Source: a virus
IMG/VR virus record: IMGVR_UViG_3300034105_003151
Span: 64,001 to 128,000 of that record
Strand: one strand, 5' to 3'
DNA: 64,000 bases
In this document: positions 1 to 9,938 of the stretch, piece by piece
How the letters are laid out: every line of letters begins with the position of its first letter
Numbering within the stretch: the first letter of the stretch is position 1
Program-made: the position numbers and the translations under genes
Notes under the pieces: generated by a model
Told to the model about the DNA's origin: nothing
The model's database searches: none
What the model saw: the letters and a program-made list of their open reading frames with translations, nothing else

Positions 1-1
1 G

Positions 2-775
2 TCGGATAATGAAAAGCAAATCCTGATACAAGACTATTATATTGGTAAACTTATGAGCTTTGCCGAAATAGCAGATTTAACAGATACATATGCTAATAGA
101 ATCAGAAGAGATGCTATAAAACTCAAAATACAAATCAGAAACAAAAGCGAAGCTCAAAAACTAGCTCTAGAATGTGGTCGCCATAAACATCCCACAAAGG
201 GTGAAAAACGATCAGAAGAAGTGAAGCAGAAGATTGGGGCTGGTATAATGCAGTCCTGGGAGAATATGTCCGAGGAGGCATTAAATGGTCGAAAGTTAAA
301 AGCTAAAGAAAATTGGGACAAATTATCAGAGGATGAGAAGGCGAACTTTACTCATAAGGCCAATTTAGCTGTTCGTAAAGCTAGCGACGAGGGAACAAAG
401 TTAGAGAAATACTTACATAACGCCCTATTAAAAGAGGGATATAGGGTTGAGTTTCATAAAGAGCAGTTTCTTTTAACGACCAAGTTGCAAATTGACCTGT
501 TCCTACCTACAATGAACGTAGCAATCGAAATTGACGGCCCAAGTCATTTTTCTCCCATTTGGGGACAGGATGCTCTGGATAAGAATATTAAATATGACAA
601 TAAAAAGAGCGGGTTGATTTTAGGTAAAGGTATGGTTCTTATAAGAATCAAACAACAAAAAGACTTCTCAAAAACCAGAGCCTCCCAAATACTAGATAAA
701 CTATTGATAGAGATTAAACAGATAGAGTTTAAGTTTCCCGAACCTGGGGATAGAAACATAGAAATAGGAGATTGA
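2..775 (+). CDS. NUMOD3-containing Vsr/DUF559-like (PD-(D/E)xK) endonuclease; frame open to the window edge, so probably 5'-truncated
   Basis: NUMOD3-like KGEKRSEEVKQKIG; C-terminal QIDLFLP..VAIEIDGPSHF nuclease motif; no in-frame stop between position 2 and the ATG at 53. Confidence 0.7.
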   Translation, partial: SDNEKQILIQDYYIGKLMSFAEIADLTDTYANRIRRDAIKLKIQIRNKSEAQKLALECGRHKHPTKGEKRSEEVKQKIGAGIMQSWENMSEEALNGRKLKAKENWDKLSEDEKANFTHKANLAVRKASDEGTKLEKYLHNALLKEGYRVEFHKEQFLLTTKLQIDLFLPTMNVAIEIDGPSHFSPIWGQDALDKNIKYDNKKSGLILGKGMVLIRIKQQKDFSKTRASQILDKLLIEIKQIEFKFPEPGDRNIEIGD

Positions 776-778
776 TAA

Positions 779-1489
779 ATGGTTAAAAACAAAACAACAA
801 CAACAGCAGCAGTGGAAACAACAACAGAAGAAAAGAAGATTCTTTCGGTTCATGATGTTGAATGGACTGACTATGTGCTATCTCTATTAACAGAAGATGA
901 ATTCTTTAATGGTAATCCCACAACCGATGGTTTGCGTAGAATATTTGAGAAGGCTCTTGAGGTATTTTTGATAGGTAATGAAACAACTATTATTCAGGTT
1001 CCTACTAAGGAAAATGAAAACCGGGCGTCTGCACAAGTTACTTTAACCTTTGTTCCTAAAGCTGCTATGCATATGTCAGATAAGCCTATTTTCAAAGTCG
1101 TAGGTTCTAGTGATGCTTATTGGGGCAATACTGATAAGCTATATAGAAATCACTTAATTGCTGTGGCCGAAACCAAGGCGGAAGGTCGTGCTTTGCGTAA
1201 GGCACTAAAGCTTAGAAAAACAATTACGGCTGACGAAGCTCCGGTTGATGTTGCAGAAGATAACAGTATCACTTCAACACAGATCGGATTCCTCTCTCAT
1301 AAGTGTTCTTCTTTAGATATAAATGTAAAGAAACTACTTGACAGTATGGGTCTTGATAGCGATAATATAGCGAAGGTTCCTTATTCTGATGCTCAACAAA
1401 TACCCGGAGTATTGTCTAAGTATCAGCAAGATTTAGGTACTATTCCTGAGAGTATTAAAGGTTATGACCCTAATTGGAGAGAAGTATGA
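779..1489 (+). CDS. Putative single-strand annealing protein (Rad52/Sak-like)
   Basis: ASAQVTLTF...G.SDA...AVAETKAEGRALRKAL resembles the Rad52/22 core; GGAG RBS. Confidence 0.55.
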   Translation: MVKNKTTTTAAVETTTEEKKILSVHDVEWTDYVLSLLTEDEFFNGNPTTDGLRRIFEKALEVFLIGNETTIIQVPTKENENRASAQVTLTFVPKAAMHMSDKPIFKVVGSSDAYWGNTDKLYRNHLIAVAETKAEGRALRKALKLRKTITADEAPVDVAEDNSITSTQIGFLSHKCSSLDINVKKLLDSMGLDSDNIAKVPYSDAQQIPGVLSKYQQDLGTIPESIKGYDPNWREV

Positions 1490-1836
1490 AAGTAATTTAT
1501 AACATCAGCGATAAGCTGTCATTTGAAGTTGAGTCAAAAAGCCAAAAGGATCTATTTGGAGAACTAGCAAGTATTCAAGAAATCTTTGGCGAAGATAAGT
1601 GTGGGGTGTGCGGTAATTCTAATTTAAGATTCGTAACACGCGAAGTGGATGGTAATGCATTCTACGAGTTACGATGTGGTAATCATTCTTGTAAGGCTGT
1701 TCTAGGTTTTGGACAGCACAAAAAGAGTGACACACTATTCCCGCAGCGTAAGGACAAAGAAGGAAAGTATCTACCTAATAACGGATGGCACAAGTGGCAA
1801 CCAACAACAGAAGAAAGCAAAGCTCCGAAAAAGTAA
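1486..1836 (+). CDS. Zn-ribbon phage protein
   Basis: CGVC...CGNHSC; ATGA overlap with the upstream gene. Confidence 0.6.
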   Translation: MKVIYNISDKLSFEVESKSQKDLFGELASIQEIFGEDKCGVCGNSNLRFVTREVDGNAFYELRCGNHSCKAVLGFGQHKKSDTLFPQRKDKEGKYLPNNGWHKWQPTTEESKAPKK

Positions 1837-2627
1837 AACTATCGTTCTTTGCTAGTTTATTTTTTCACACGGCGTTCTTGTTGATTCTTTCTTGCATAAT
1901 ACTAAGAGCAGAAACAAAACCTGCTCCGATTCTTAATCTAAATTTTTCAGAAGAAATATCTGTTTTTGAGGATTTAGAAGTATTACCGCTTGAAATAGAG
2001 GTTCTTGAAAATAATCAAGAGATTCATAACGAAGAGTCCGAGACTATTCAGATACAACTGGATAGCTCGGATTTTTCTTTTGATACGCCCGAAATCTTTC
2101 AGGAGACGATCCCTGGGCTTGTTATTAAAGATGAGCCTGCTGAGACTGCCAAAATTAAAACAATGCCCGCACAGTCAATCAGACGGCACGATAGCGGGTT
2201 TGGAAATGGTCCAGAGGAGATGAAATCCAGACTGCGAGTTACCGGAGCTAAAACTGGAGATATTCAAATCTCTATATCTTGGGACAATAGTAATGACATT
2301 GATCTTTGGGTGCATTGCTCGGGTTCTAATTTTGAAGAATATATTGGCTGGAATAATAAGATGGGATTTAGTGGTGGTTGGCTAGATGTGGATGCTAATA
2401 TCTATCCTTATAGTTTAACTAAAACACCTGTGGAAAATATCTTTTGGGCCACCAATTCAGCACCAAGAGCCAGATACTTTGTTTATGTTCATTTTTATCA
2501 AAAATGGGATACCGCAGATACTACCCAGGTTTTAATCAGAGTTCTGCAAAACGGTCGGGAGACTTATAGGAAGGTTAGTTTGAGATTTGGAGAAGAACCC
2601 CGCCAAGTCTTATCTTTTCAACATTGA
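1785..2627 (+). CDS. Membrane-anchored YfaP/DUF2135-like domain protein
   Basis: N-terminal TM (SLFFHTAFLLILSCII), acidic linker, then GDIQISISWD..DIDLWV...GGWLDVDAN...PVENIFW...YFVYVHFY. Confidence 0.65.
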   Translation: MAQVATNNRRKQSSEKVKLSFFASLFFHTAFLLILSCIILRAETKPAPILNLNFSEEISVFEDLEVLPLEIEVLENNQEIHNEESETIQIQLDSSDFSFDTPEIFQETIPGLVIKDEPAETAKIKTMPAQSIRRHDSGFGNGPEEMKSRLRVTGAKTGDIQISISWDNSNDIDLWVHCSGSNFEEYIGWNNKMGFSGGWLDVDANIYPYSLTKTPVENIFWATNSAPRARYFVYVHFYQKWDTADTTQVLIRVLQNGRETYRKVSLRFGEEPRQVLSFQH

Positions 2628-2957
2628 GTTGATCCATATTTCTAGTCTTATGGTCTTATTTAACCACCATTCATTTAACCATTGCTGTCTCGCTGGACAG
2701 TTACATTCTTTTCTGGTTAGTCTATAGATTCGCTCTTTGGTAATTCCGAAGAAAGTTAAAACTTTCTCAATAAGATCACCCAACATAATTTTTGGTAAGA
2801 CTAAACGAATCTTACTTTTAGGCATAGGATTTTGTTTGAGAATCTTTTTGGCAGAAATAGGGCGTGGGGGTTTACAGTTTCTTATTAATGATGGTAAGTC
2901 TGTTTCGTATCCACACACCTCACATCTTCCGTGAATAAATTTGCACAAATTAGACAT
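2610..2957 (-). CDS. Cys-containing hypothetical protein
   Basis: ORF track; C..CEVC and CNC..RQQWLN; last gene of the late operon. Confidence 0.6.
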   Translation of the reverse strand: MSNLCKFIHGRCEVCGYETDLPSLIRNCKPPRPISAKKILKQNPMPKSKIRLVLPKIMLGDLIEKVLTFFGITKERIYRLTRKECNCPARQQWLNEWWLNKTIRLEIWINSMLKR

Positions 2958-4422
2958 TATATGACACCGTAATGTTTAATCCTGTTGGTGGAGTTCCAGA
3001 CCCTATATAGTAATACCAATTATTTTCAGGAGGAATAGGAAGATAGTATGGAATGGTTTTAGAAATACTGAAATCGGTAATTTCATGACATATTCTAGGT
3101 CTGCAATTTGTGTGGCCTTTATAAGAAAAACTCTGACTCCCAAAAGATGGTTTAGCATCCACTTCTATAAAATAATTAACATAATCTCCACTACAGACAA
3201 ATGGGACTCCACTATTATAGCTTGATAGTTTACCCAATAAGGGTGTGACTTTTAATTCTATTAATCTATAATCAACATTATTATCAGTATTAGAGTCAGC
3301 AATTTTAAAAGACCCATACCAAAATCCATATATCCAATCTAGTTCATAACTATTACTTAAGTCTGAAAAATGAGGAACACCACTCAAACTAACAGACACA
3401 ATAATAGGAGCTACGTCGCAAACTACCATATCAACATAACCTCCAGAAAAATCAACTGTATATTCATATGGGTCAAAGTTTGGATAATATGGACTAACAA
3501 CTCTTTCTCTCCAGCATTCAACACACACCTCTTCATCTATAGTACAACCAGGGTCTGCATAAGTAAAAACACCAGATGCTCCGGTATTCATTATTTTACA
3601 CTGACACATATTTAATGGGTTACTTACTGGTTCTGTAGGATAGCGAGTATTGGCTAAACCACTACTATCAAATATATATTGTGATACTTTTTGATTAGGA
3701 TAAATAGTGTATCCAGTTGTAGAGAAAGAAAAATTACAAATAGCATCGCTGATTCCTTCCCCACCACCAAAAGAAGGATCAAAAGGCGCATTATAATTAA
3801 GAGTATCCATTAGTCCGGTCCCGGTATTATCTATGTTTCGAAAATTATCTTTATAACTTAAATATCCACTAGAACATATGGACTCAATCCATTGTTCTCC
3901 TTCATAATGTCCTCCTTTTGTTAAGCTTAATAATCCATATTCAGTACTATAAGATAGATTATCACTAGTCGGAGAATTACCTCCAACATTTGAAAAAGGA
4001 AAACTTACACTGTCTAATTTACCTCTATAATAATAAATATAGAAATTACTAATATCCCATAGATAAGACTCACATCTATTATGTAAACACGTTAAATATG
4101 TACAGATATAGCTATCATAAGAAGGATATGTTGTTTCAACGCTATATAATTTATAGTATCGATATGTTCTAAAGATTGTGTTTGGATCTCTAACATAATC
4201 TATATAGTAATCGTAACCACCATTCTGCTCATAGCCGGTAGGTACTGGATAAGATCCAGTTAGATTTACTAGGAATGTATCAACATTATTAAAACATCCG
4301 TCACATTTACAACAATATTGACATTCTCCACATTTTGAACCTAACATAAATCCACCAGCAACTGTTCCAATAGCAGATAGAGTTTCTATATCGAATAAAT
4401 AATCCATAAATCCTCTTAACAC
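2950..4422 (-). CDS. Cys/Tyr-rich putative virion (tail tip) protein
   Basis: 490 aa, CGECQYCCKCDGC, overlaps neighbours in the tail operon. Confidence 0.5.
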   Translation of the reverse strand: MLRGFMDYLFDIETLSAIGTVAGGFMLGSKCGECQYCCKCDGCFNNVDTFLVNLTGSYPVPTGYEQNGGYDYYIDYVRDPNTIFRTYRYYKLYSVETTYPSYDSYICTYLTCLHNRCESYLWDISNFYIYYYRGKLDSVSFPFSNVGGNSPTSDNLSYSTEYGLLSLTKGGHYEGEQWIESICSSGYLSYKDNFRNIDNTGTGLMDTLNYNAPFDPSFGGGEGISDAICNFSFSTTGYTIYPNQKVSQYIFDSSGLANTRYPTEPVSNPLNMCQCKIMNTGASGVFTYADPGCTIDEEVCVECWRERVVSPYYPNFDPYEYTVDFSGGYVDMVVCDVAPIIVSVSLSGVPHFSDLSNSYELDWIYGFWYGSFKIADSNTDNNVDYRLIELKVTPLLGKLSSYNSGVPFVCSGDYVNYFIEVDAKPSFGSQSFSYKGHTNCRPRICHEITDFSISKTIPYYLPIPPENNWYYYIGSGTPPTGLNITVSYNV

Positions 4423-7400
4423 TCCGCAGCAATTAAATAATAATTTCCATCTTGATGATGACTTATACTACACCATTTACCACTACCAATATTGGCATAG
4501 TTATTGTACGCATACATATAAAATTGTTTACCTAACCAATTATCAGGAATATAACCGCTCGTATTACTATTAAAAAATCCAGTATTTGGTGGTAGTTTAA
4601 TCGCACAAGAATCTCCAAAAGAACAGTTATAATACATATTATCATATCTGCTTAGTGGTAATCTTTGATAAGTTCCTTTGTTCCATATTCCTGTTGTTTT
4701 ACACATTAATGCTGATGTATTATTTACAGATGAAACTACCCACTCATTTCTTATATAGGTAAACATACCCATTTGTCCTGGGATTAAACCAAATCCTAAT
4801 GGATTATTAAAAACACCAGAGATATATCCAGAATAAGCAGAATGACGATAGGGAATATCTCTACTATAACTATCAATTAATAAAACTATACCAGTTTTTG
4901 CTACTCTATATTGTGACCCATTTAAGAAAGGAGTTCTATTTTCTTGCATACTAATATCATATATCATACCAGATGTTGATATGTTATTTCTGCTAATGGG
5001 TTCATAATAGCCTAAACTCTCATCATAATAACAAAGTATTTTAGCACCACTAGGGGCACCATAAGATGCTGTACTGTCTTTAACAAAAACTAATCTTTTT
5101 TCTCCGCTAGGAAGAGGACTTCCGCTGTCAACAACATTTAAATAACCTCTAGCAGCAAAATTGGGTTTAAGATCATCTTCTAGTTTTACAGAAACAAATT
5201 TAGGTTGAGGCGATGACCACACTTTGCGTTCTTGGTTCCATCTTAAATCAACGGGGCCGGCAACCCATGTATCTGGTCTTAATCCCCAACCGCTAGCAAA
5301 TGTATTTTCTTTATAGGCGTCAGTCCATCCTGTGCCGGGAACCCATGTTTGATTTTTACCAAGAATAGTCCCACTAAAAGAAGGATTATAAGATCCAGTA
5401 CTATCTGTTTTAGACGCTATCTTCAATGGATTACCGCTGGCATCAATAGATTTAGGATCACCACTACTATTAGGCACAGGGAATCCTTCTATATCATATC
5501 CCCAGCCATTAATAACAAGTGGTCCCTTTAGTCCTAAAAATCTATAGTTCATTAGGTGAGATGATGGAGTTCTTCCATTTTCTAAATCAAACTGATAACT
5601 ATTCCAGTCTAAATTTGAAGAAGAAGCATTCTGATCCAAATACCCACTATCATCTAACGCTAAATTATCATTAAAAGATAATGATCCCTTCATAGGAACT
5701 AAACTACGACCTACAACATCTATTTGATGAGCATTATAGTCGCCACTTTGAGCGAATCTATTACGAAGCTCCCCCGTTGGCATGATAAAAGGATTTAAGT
5801 CTACATAACTAATTTGTTTACGTCTCATCTGTTCAATAAGACCCGACATTTTAGTTAAATCTCTAATAGTACCAGTATCTGCTTGACTAGATAATAAATA
5901 TACACTACTACTATTATACTTGTCTAATGAACCTGTAGAATTAATTATAGAAGAAGATGATTCACAACTATCACAATATTTTGATATTCCACTTTCTGTA
6001 TACGCCTTAGTACCGTTACATACTGGACAATATGCTGTGATATATTTTTTAAAAGCTGTGGTAGAACCATTAAGTGTTGGATAAAAAGATACTGGAGACA
6101 ATAATCCATCTAGACTCATAATAGCCTTAGATGCATACTGACTATCAAATTCTTGTGGTAATTCTCTAGCATCTTGCAGAGTAACAATAGAGTTTTGTTT
6201 TAGTGAATCTCTTGTCCATGAACCATATTTAAATCTGCCGGGCGACCCAGATGCTTTGGGACTGATATAAGGATAAGAATATCCTACCAAAATACCCATA
6301 GGAGAATATTCATTTAACTTTGATGTTTTATAATTAAAATTATTAACCGTTGGAGAGCTACTTAATGCCAGCATTTTTGCTGCTACATTTCTTACCTTTT
6401 GATTAATATCTCTATTTAATTTGATGGTTGTTCTAGCACTATTTTGTAGCTTATCAGCATTTTCTTTATTAAATAGTGAGAACTTACGAGTAAATGTTCT
6501 AAACGTATATGTTGTTGTTGGTCCCTGCTCACTAATCTGAACTTGAACATTGCTAATTGTAGGACCGTTAAATGTATCAGCCGCCGCTTTTAGTTCATCT
6601 CCCAGTTTTAACAGGGGGAGGCCATAGGTTACTAATTGACCTTCTTCAGTTGTAATATTGTAATTATTTTCAGAACCAACTAATTGCAGGGCTGCTTCGT
6701 CTAGTACTCTCATACCACCATAGTTCCAAGGAACAAGCCCCTCATTAACTTCTACTTTTGTTCCTCCAACTAGGTTTTCCAACCTTGTTACTGCATTATT
6801 AGAAAAGATAGTATTAGCGGCACGATCAGGAGTACTAACCCAGGGTCCATAAACAGAGTTATTGAATTGAATCGGAACTCCAACAAATGCTGGCATAGCC
6901 GCTTTAGGGGCGATACTAATATTGTTATATTGTTTATTTCCAAAGTCTTGAGCAAATGGCGAAGGAGTGCTATTGTTGTTAAACAAAGGAATAAGGGATA
7001 GTATTTTCTTTCCTACAGATGCTGAAACCCCTGTATATTTACTAGCGAGGAATTCTACCGCCGCAGTTGTCACATTTAATGCTTCTGGGTAAACAGGATT
7101 TAGATGAATACCTTCGCTTTTCACTATGACTTTTGCAGTTAGGGCTCCTCCGACATAGTAGGGCACAATATTCTTTTCTACTGTTGCTTTTGTATATAGT
7201 TTGTATCCCGGTATATTGTAAGTACCAAATGCATCAGGAACAGTAGAACCAACACCCACAACATACTGATTATTATCTGGAGTTATACTTAAAGAGGGTT
7301 CATAAAAACTACTTAATGCCGACGATCCGCCAGCAAAACTTAAACCAGCTTTTAGATAAGCATCGTGTTTCCAAAAATTAAACCACTCATTATAGTTTGA

Positions 7401-9935
7401 ATTTCCAGCAGCATTAGCCGTCCACCAATTTTTACCATATGCTTTTTGATAATTAAATTGGTAAGTATAGTTATATCCAATTATTGGCTCAATAGATCCA
7501 TTGTCTTGTGTTAAACTATCCATACTAGCACTACCAACATATAAATGATCGTCTATAATATTGCCCGGTTCTTCCCAGGCAAAATCTGTTGGCTCATAAG
7601 AATAGTATGTTTCTAATGTTCCATCTAATAAATATAATGGATCATTATTAGAGTCTACTCCAACTTGTATTTGAGGGCTAAACTCTCTAGCGTCTGTCCA
7701 ATAAGCTGGTGTTGGAACAGAAACCATAAACTGTTTACCATAATAAGTATTTCCAATATCTCCTAAGAAATTTTGCAGTTTTGTTAAAACGTCTAATACT
7801 ACAGGATTTGCATTATAGTTAGCTTCTCTTCCCATAGGAATAGAACCGTGACCATGTCTTGAATTATTATACTTGTTATAGTTTTCAGAAATACCATTAA
7901 CCATTAATTTGAATGCGCCATTACCCAAAATAGGATATATAATTTTATCCCATAAATCTAAGCACCCACTAGAACTTCCATTAATTTTAGTATAATCTTT
8001 TATTACAGCAGAAATGAATCCTGCAAAAGAGTCTGGCCCCTGCATTGCTGCTCTGATTTCTGTTTCACTAACATTAACAGTAGAGGGAGTTGCGAAAGAA
8101 TAACCTATACCCAGTCCTATTTCAGTATTTGTAAACTGTACTAAATAATCAGCATCAATTGGTTGACTACTAACAGGGTCCAACCCTTCTGCTCTACGAT
8201 AAACTTTTCTTACAGCGCCAGTAATATTATTGGTTCCAAAATATGGACATATAGCATCCGTATCAGATGCCGCATATAGTGCATTCAGTACTTGCCCAAT
8301 TGAACCAGCGACTTTTTGTGTAGCTGAAAAATTACCATAAATAGATGATCCCGTACCCTCCCAATCAGCATCGGAAGTATTAAAGTTTGTTGAATTTGGT
8401 AATTCTACTCGACCGTAATATGTTTTTCCACTATCGTAATTAGTATAATATGATGGGTTTCTCGTACTAGTAATATCTGGGTAGCGATAATAACTATATT
8501 TTGTTTGATGATCTATAGTAACAAATCCACCAGTGATAGAGTTATATCTTAAAGTAGATTGCTTAAGTGCATATTTTGTAAGTTTAACCTGATATAGTCT
8601 TTGTTGCTTCCCACCAATAATCATCGTTCTTACTGGATCAGAAGAATTATAGGATTTACCTTTAGAGTATTCTATAACACTGGTTCCTAGTGATGCAGCA
8701 TATGAGATGAAACTATCGACTGCTCCATCGTATGTTTGACTAAGTGTGGATACAGTATTGACTGTGATGACCGGGGCTATTAATCCAGAAGATATGGATA
8801 GTGATAAACCAATAAAGAATTGTCGGCCTGTACTTGAACAAACTGAACTAATAAAATCCTGTAGGGACATTGTACTTTGAGAAATTCTCATATAAGACAA
8901 TAGTGAAGATATTTCTATATCGCTTAATGCAGATAGATCGACTCTGTATCCTAGTCTGTATTGTCCATAACCATCTTGTTGTGGGTATATTAAACCCATA
9001 TCATAAGAACTAGTAATAACAGAACCATTACTCTTAAGAGTAGGCATTCGTCCTATTATTCTTGCAAAAGGTGAGAACTTATAAATATTATTGTTGGGTG
9101 AGGATGAACTTAATAAAGCGTCCACGGCTGTTATTACATTATTTGCTGGTATGCCTTCTGAATTTCTTCCAGAATATCCATACAAAACAGGAATAGCTTG
9201 AGATAATCCTAGTGCTTCTAAATAACCATAAACATTAATAACATTAGGAGTATTACCTTCTGCTATTAATCCTTGATAGCTTTCTCCAGCAGTATTTCTA
9301 GCATAGCCAGGAAAACCATAAGAATCTCTTGTTCCATTATTATAGATACGAAAAACTGTACCACTATAACTATCTAGAATTAAATTAGTTTGATTTAATA
9401 AGTGAGTGGGCGATTCTATAATAACAGTCCATATTTTAGTTCCTCCCGCACCTCCATTATTACTATAACTCTGCACTACTCCATTGAATTCAAAATTATC
9501 AAACTTAAAATATACAGCAGAACCCAGGATGTCTATATCATTTCCATAAAACCCTGGATCTGCACCATAGTGATATCTAGATATTAAAGAAGACCCGTAT
9601 GGTACATAGTAAACTTTGCCCGGTATGAGTGAGTTTCCATCAGAATCCTTTTGAAAACTATCTGCGGCCCTGCTTACTAAATAATCATTATTTGTACTGT
9701 TTGTAGCTGGTCTAGTTACTGGATTTCCTGCACCATCTGTAAAATAAGGATATTCACAAGAATCTTCTATTATTTCCACTGTTAATCTGCTGGATTCGCC
9801 CGTCCAAGCTAAAGACGAATTATAGCTTTTAACACTGCATCCTAAGAATAATGTTTGAGCATATTTACTTCCATTACATAATACATATGTTCTAGAAGAT
9901 CCACCATTTTGTCCATCTCTGATAATTGTTGTCAT
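4416..9935 (-). CDS. Large tail tip/hub protein (1839 aa)
   Basis: Downstream of the tape measure gene; beta-rich S/G/Y/N composition; internal CPVC..CDSC. Confidence 0.6.
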   Translation of the reverse strand: MTTIIRDGQNGGSSRTYVLCNGSKYAQTLFLGCSVKSYNSSLAWTGESSRLTVEIIEDSCEYPYFTDGAGNPVTRPATNSTNNDYLVSRAADSFQKDSDGNSLIPGKVYYVPYGSSLISRYHYGADPGFYGNDIDILGSAVYFKFDNFEFNGVVQSYSNNGGAGGTKIWTVIIESPTHLLNQTNLILDSYSGTVFRIYNNGTRDSYGFPGYARNTAGESYQGLIAEGNTPNVINVYGYLEALGLSQAIPVLYGYSGRNSEGIPANNVITAVDALLSSSSPNNNIYKFSPFARIIGRMPTLKSNGSVITSSYDMGLIYPQQDGYGQYRLGYRVDLSALSDIEISSLLSYMRISQSTMSLQDFISSVCSSTGRQFFIGLSLSISSGLIAPVITVNTVSTLSQTYDGAVDSFISYAASLGTSVIEYSKGKSYNSSDPVRTMIIGGKQQRLYQVKLTKYALKQSTLRYNSITGGFVTIDHQTKYSYYRYPDITSTRNPSYYTNYDSGKTYYGRVELPNSTNFNTSDADWEGTGSSIYGNFSATQKVAGSIGQVLNALYAASDTDAICPYFGTNNITGAVRKVYRRAEGLDPVSSQPIDADYLVQFTNTEIGLGIGYSFATPSTVNVSETEIRAAMQGPDSFAGFISAVIKDYTKINGSSSGCLDLWDKIIYPILGNGAFKLMVNGISENYNKYNNSRHGHGSIPMGREANYNANPVVLDVLTKLQNFLGDIGNTYYGKQFMVSVPTPAYWTDAREFSPQIQVGVDSNNDPLYLLDGTLETYYSYEPTDFAWEEPGNIIDDHLYVGSASMDSLTQDNGSIEPIIGYNYTYQFNYQKAYGKNWWTANAAGNSNYNEWFNFWKHDAYLKAGLSFAGGSSALSSFYEPSLSITPDNNQYVVGVGSTVPDAFGTYNIPGYKLYTKATVEKNIVPYYVGGALTAKVIVKSEGIHLNPVYPEALNVTTAAVEFLASKYTGVSASVGKKILSLIPLFNNNSTPSPFAQDFGNKQYNNISIAPKAAMPAFVGVPIQFNNSVYGPWVSTPDRAANTIFSNNAVTRLENLVGGTKVEVNEGLVPWNYGGMRVLDEAALQLVGSENNYNITTEEGQLVTYGLPLLKLGDELKAAADTFNGPTISNVQVQISEQGPTTTYTFRTFTRKFSLFNKENADKLQNSARTTIKLNRDINQKVRNVAAKMLALSSSPTVNNFNYKTSKLNEYSPMGILVGYSYPYISPKASGSPGRFKYGSWTRDSLKQNSIVTLQDARELPQEFDSQYASKAIMSLDGLLSPVSFYPTLNGSTTAFKKYITAYCPVCNGTKAYTESGISKYCDSCESSSSIINSTGSLDKYNSSSVYLLSSQADTGTIRDLTKMSGLIEQMRRKQISYVDLNPFIMPTGELRNRFAQSGDYNAHQIDVVGRSLVPMKGSLSFNDNLALDDSGYLDQNASSSNLDWNSYQFDLENGRTPSSHLMNYRFLGLKGPLVINGWGYDIEGFPVPNSSGDPKSIDASGNPLKIASKTDSTGSYNPSFSGTILGKNQTWVPGTGWTDAYKENTFASGWGLRPDTWVAGPVDLRWNQERKVWSSPQPKFVSVKLEDDLKPNFAARGYLNVVDSGSPLPSGEKRLVFVKDSTASYGAPSGAKILCYYDESLGYYEPISRNNISTSGMIYDISMQENRTPFLNGSQYRVAKTGIVLLIDSYSRDIPYRHSAYSGYISGVFNNPLGFGLIPGQMGMFTYIRNEWVVSSVNNTSALMCKTTGIWNKGTYQRLPLSRYDNMYYNCSFGDSCAIKLPPNTGFFNSNTSGYIPDNWLGKQFYMYAYNNYANIGSGKWCSISHHQDGNYYLIAAEC

Positions 9936-9938
9936 ATA

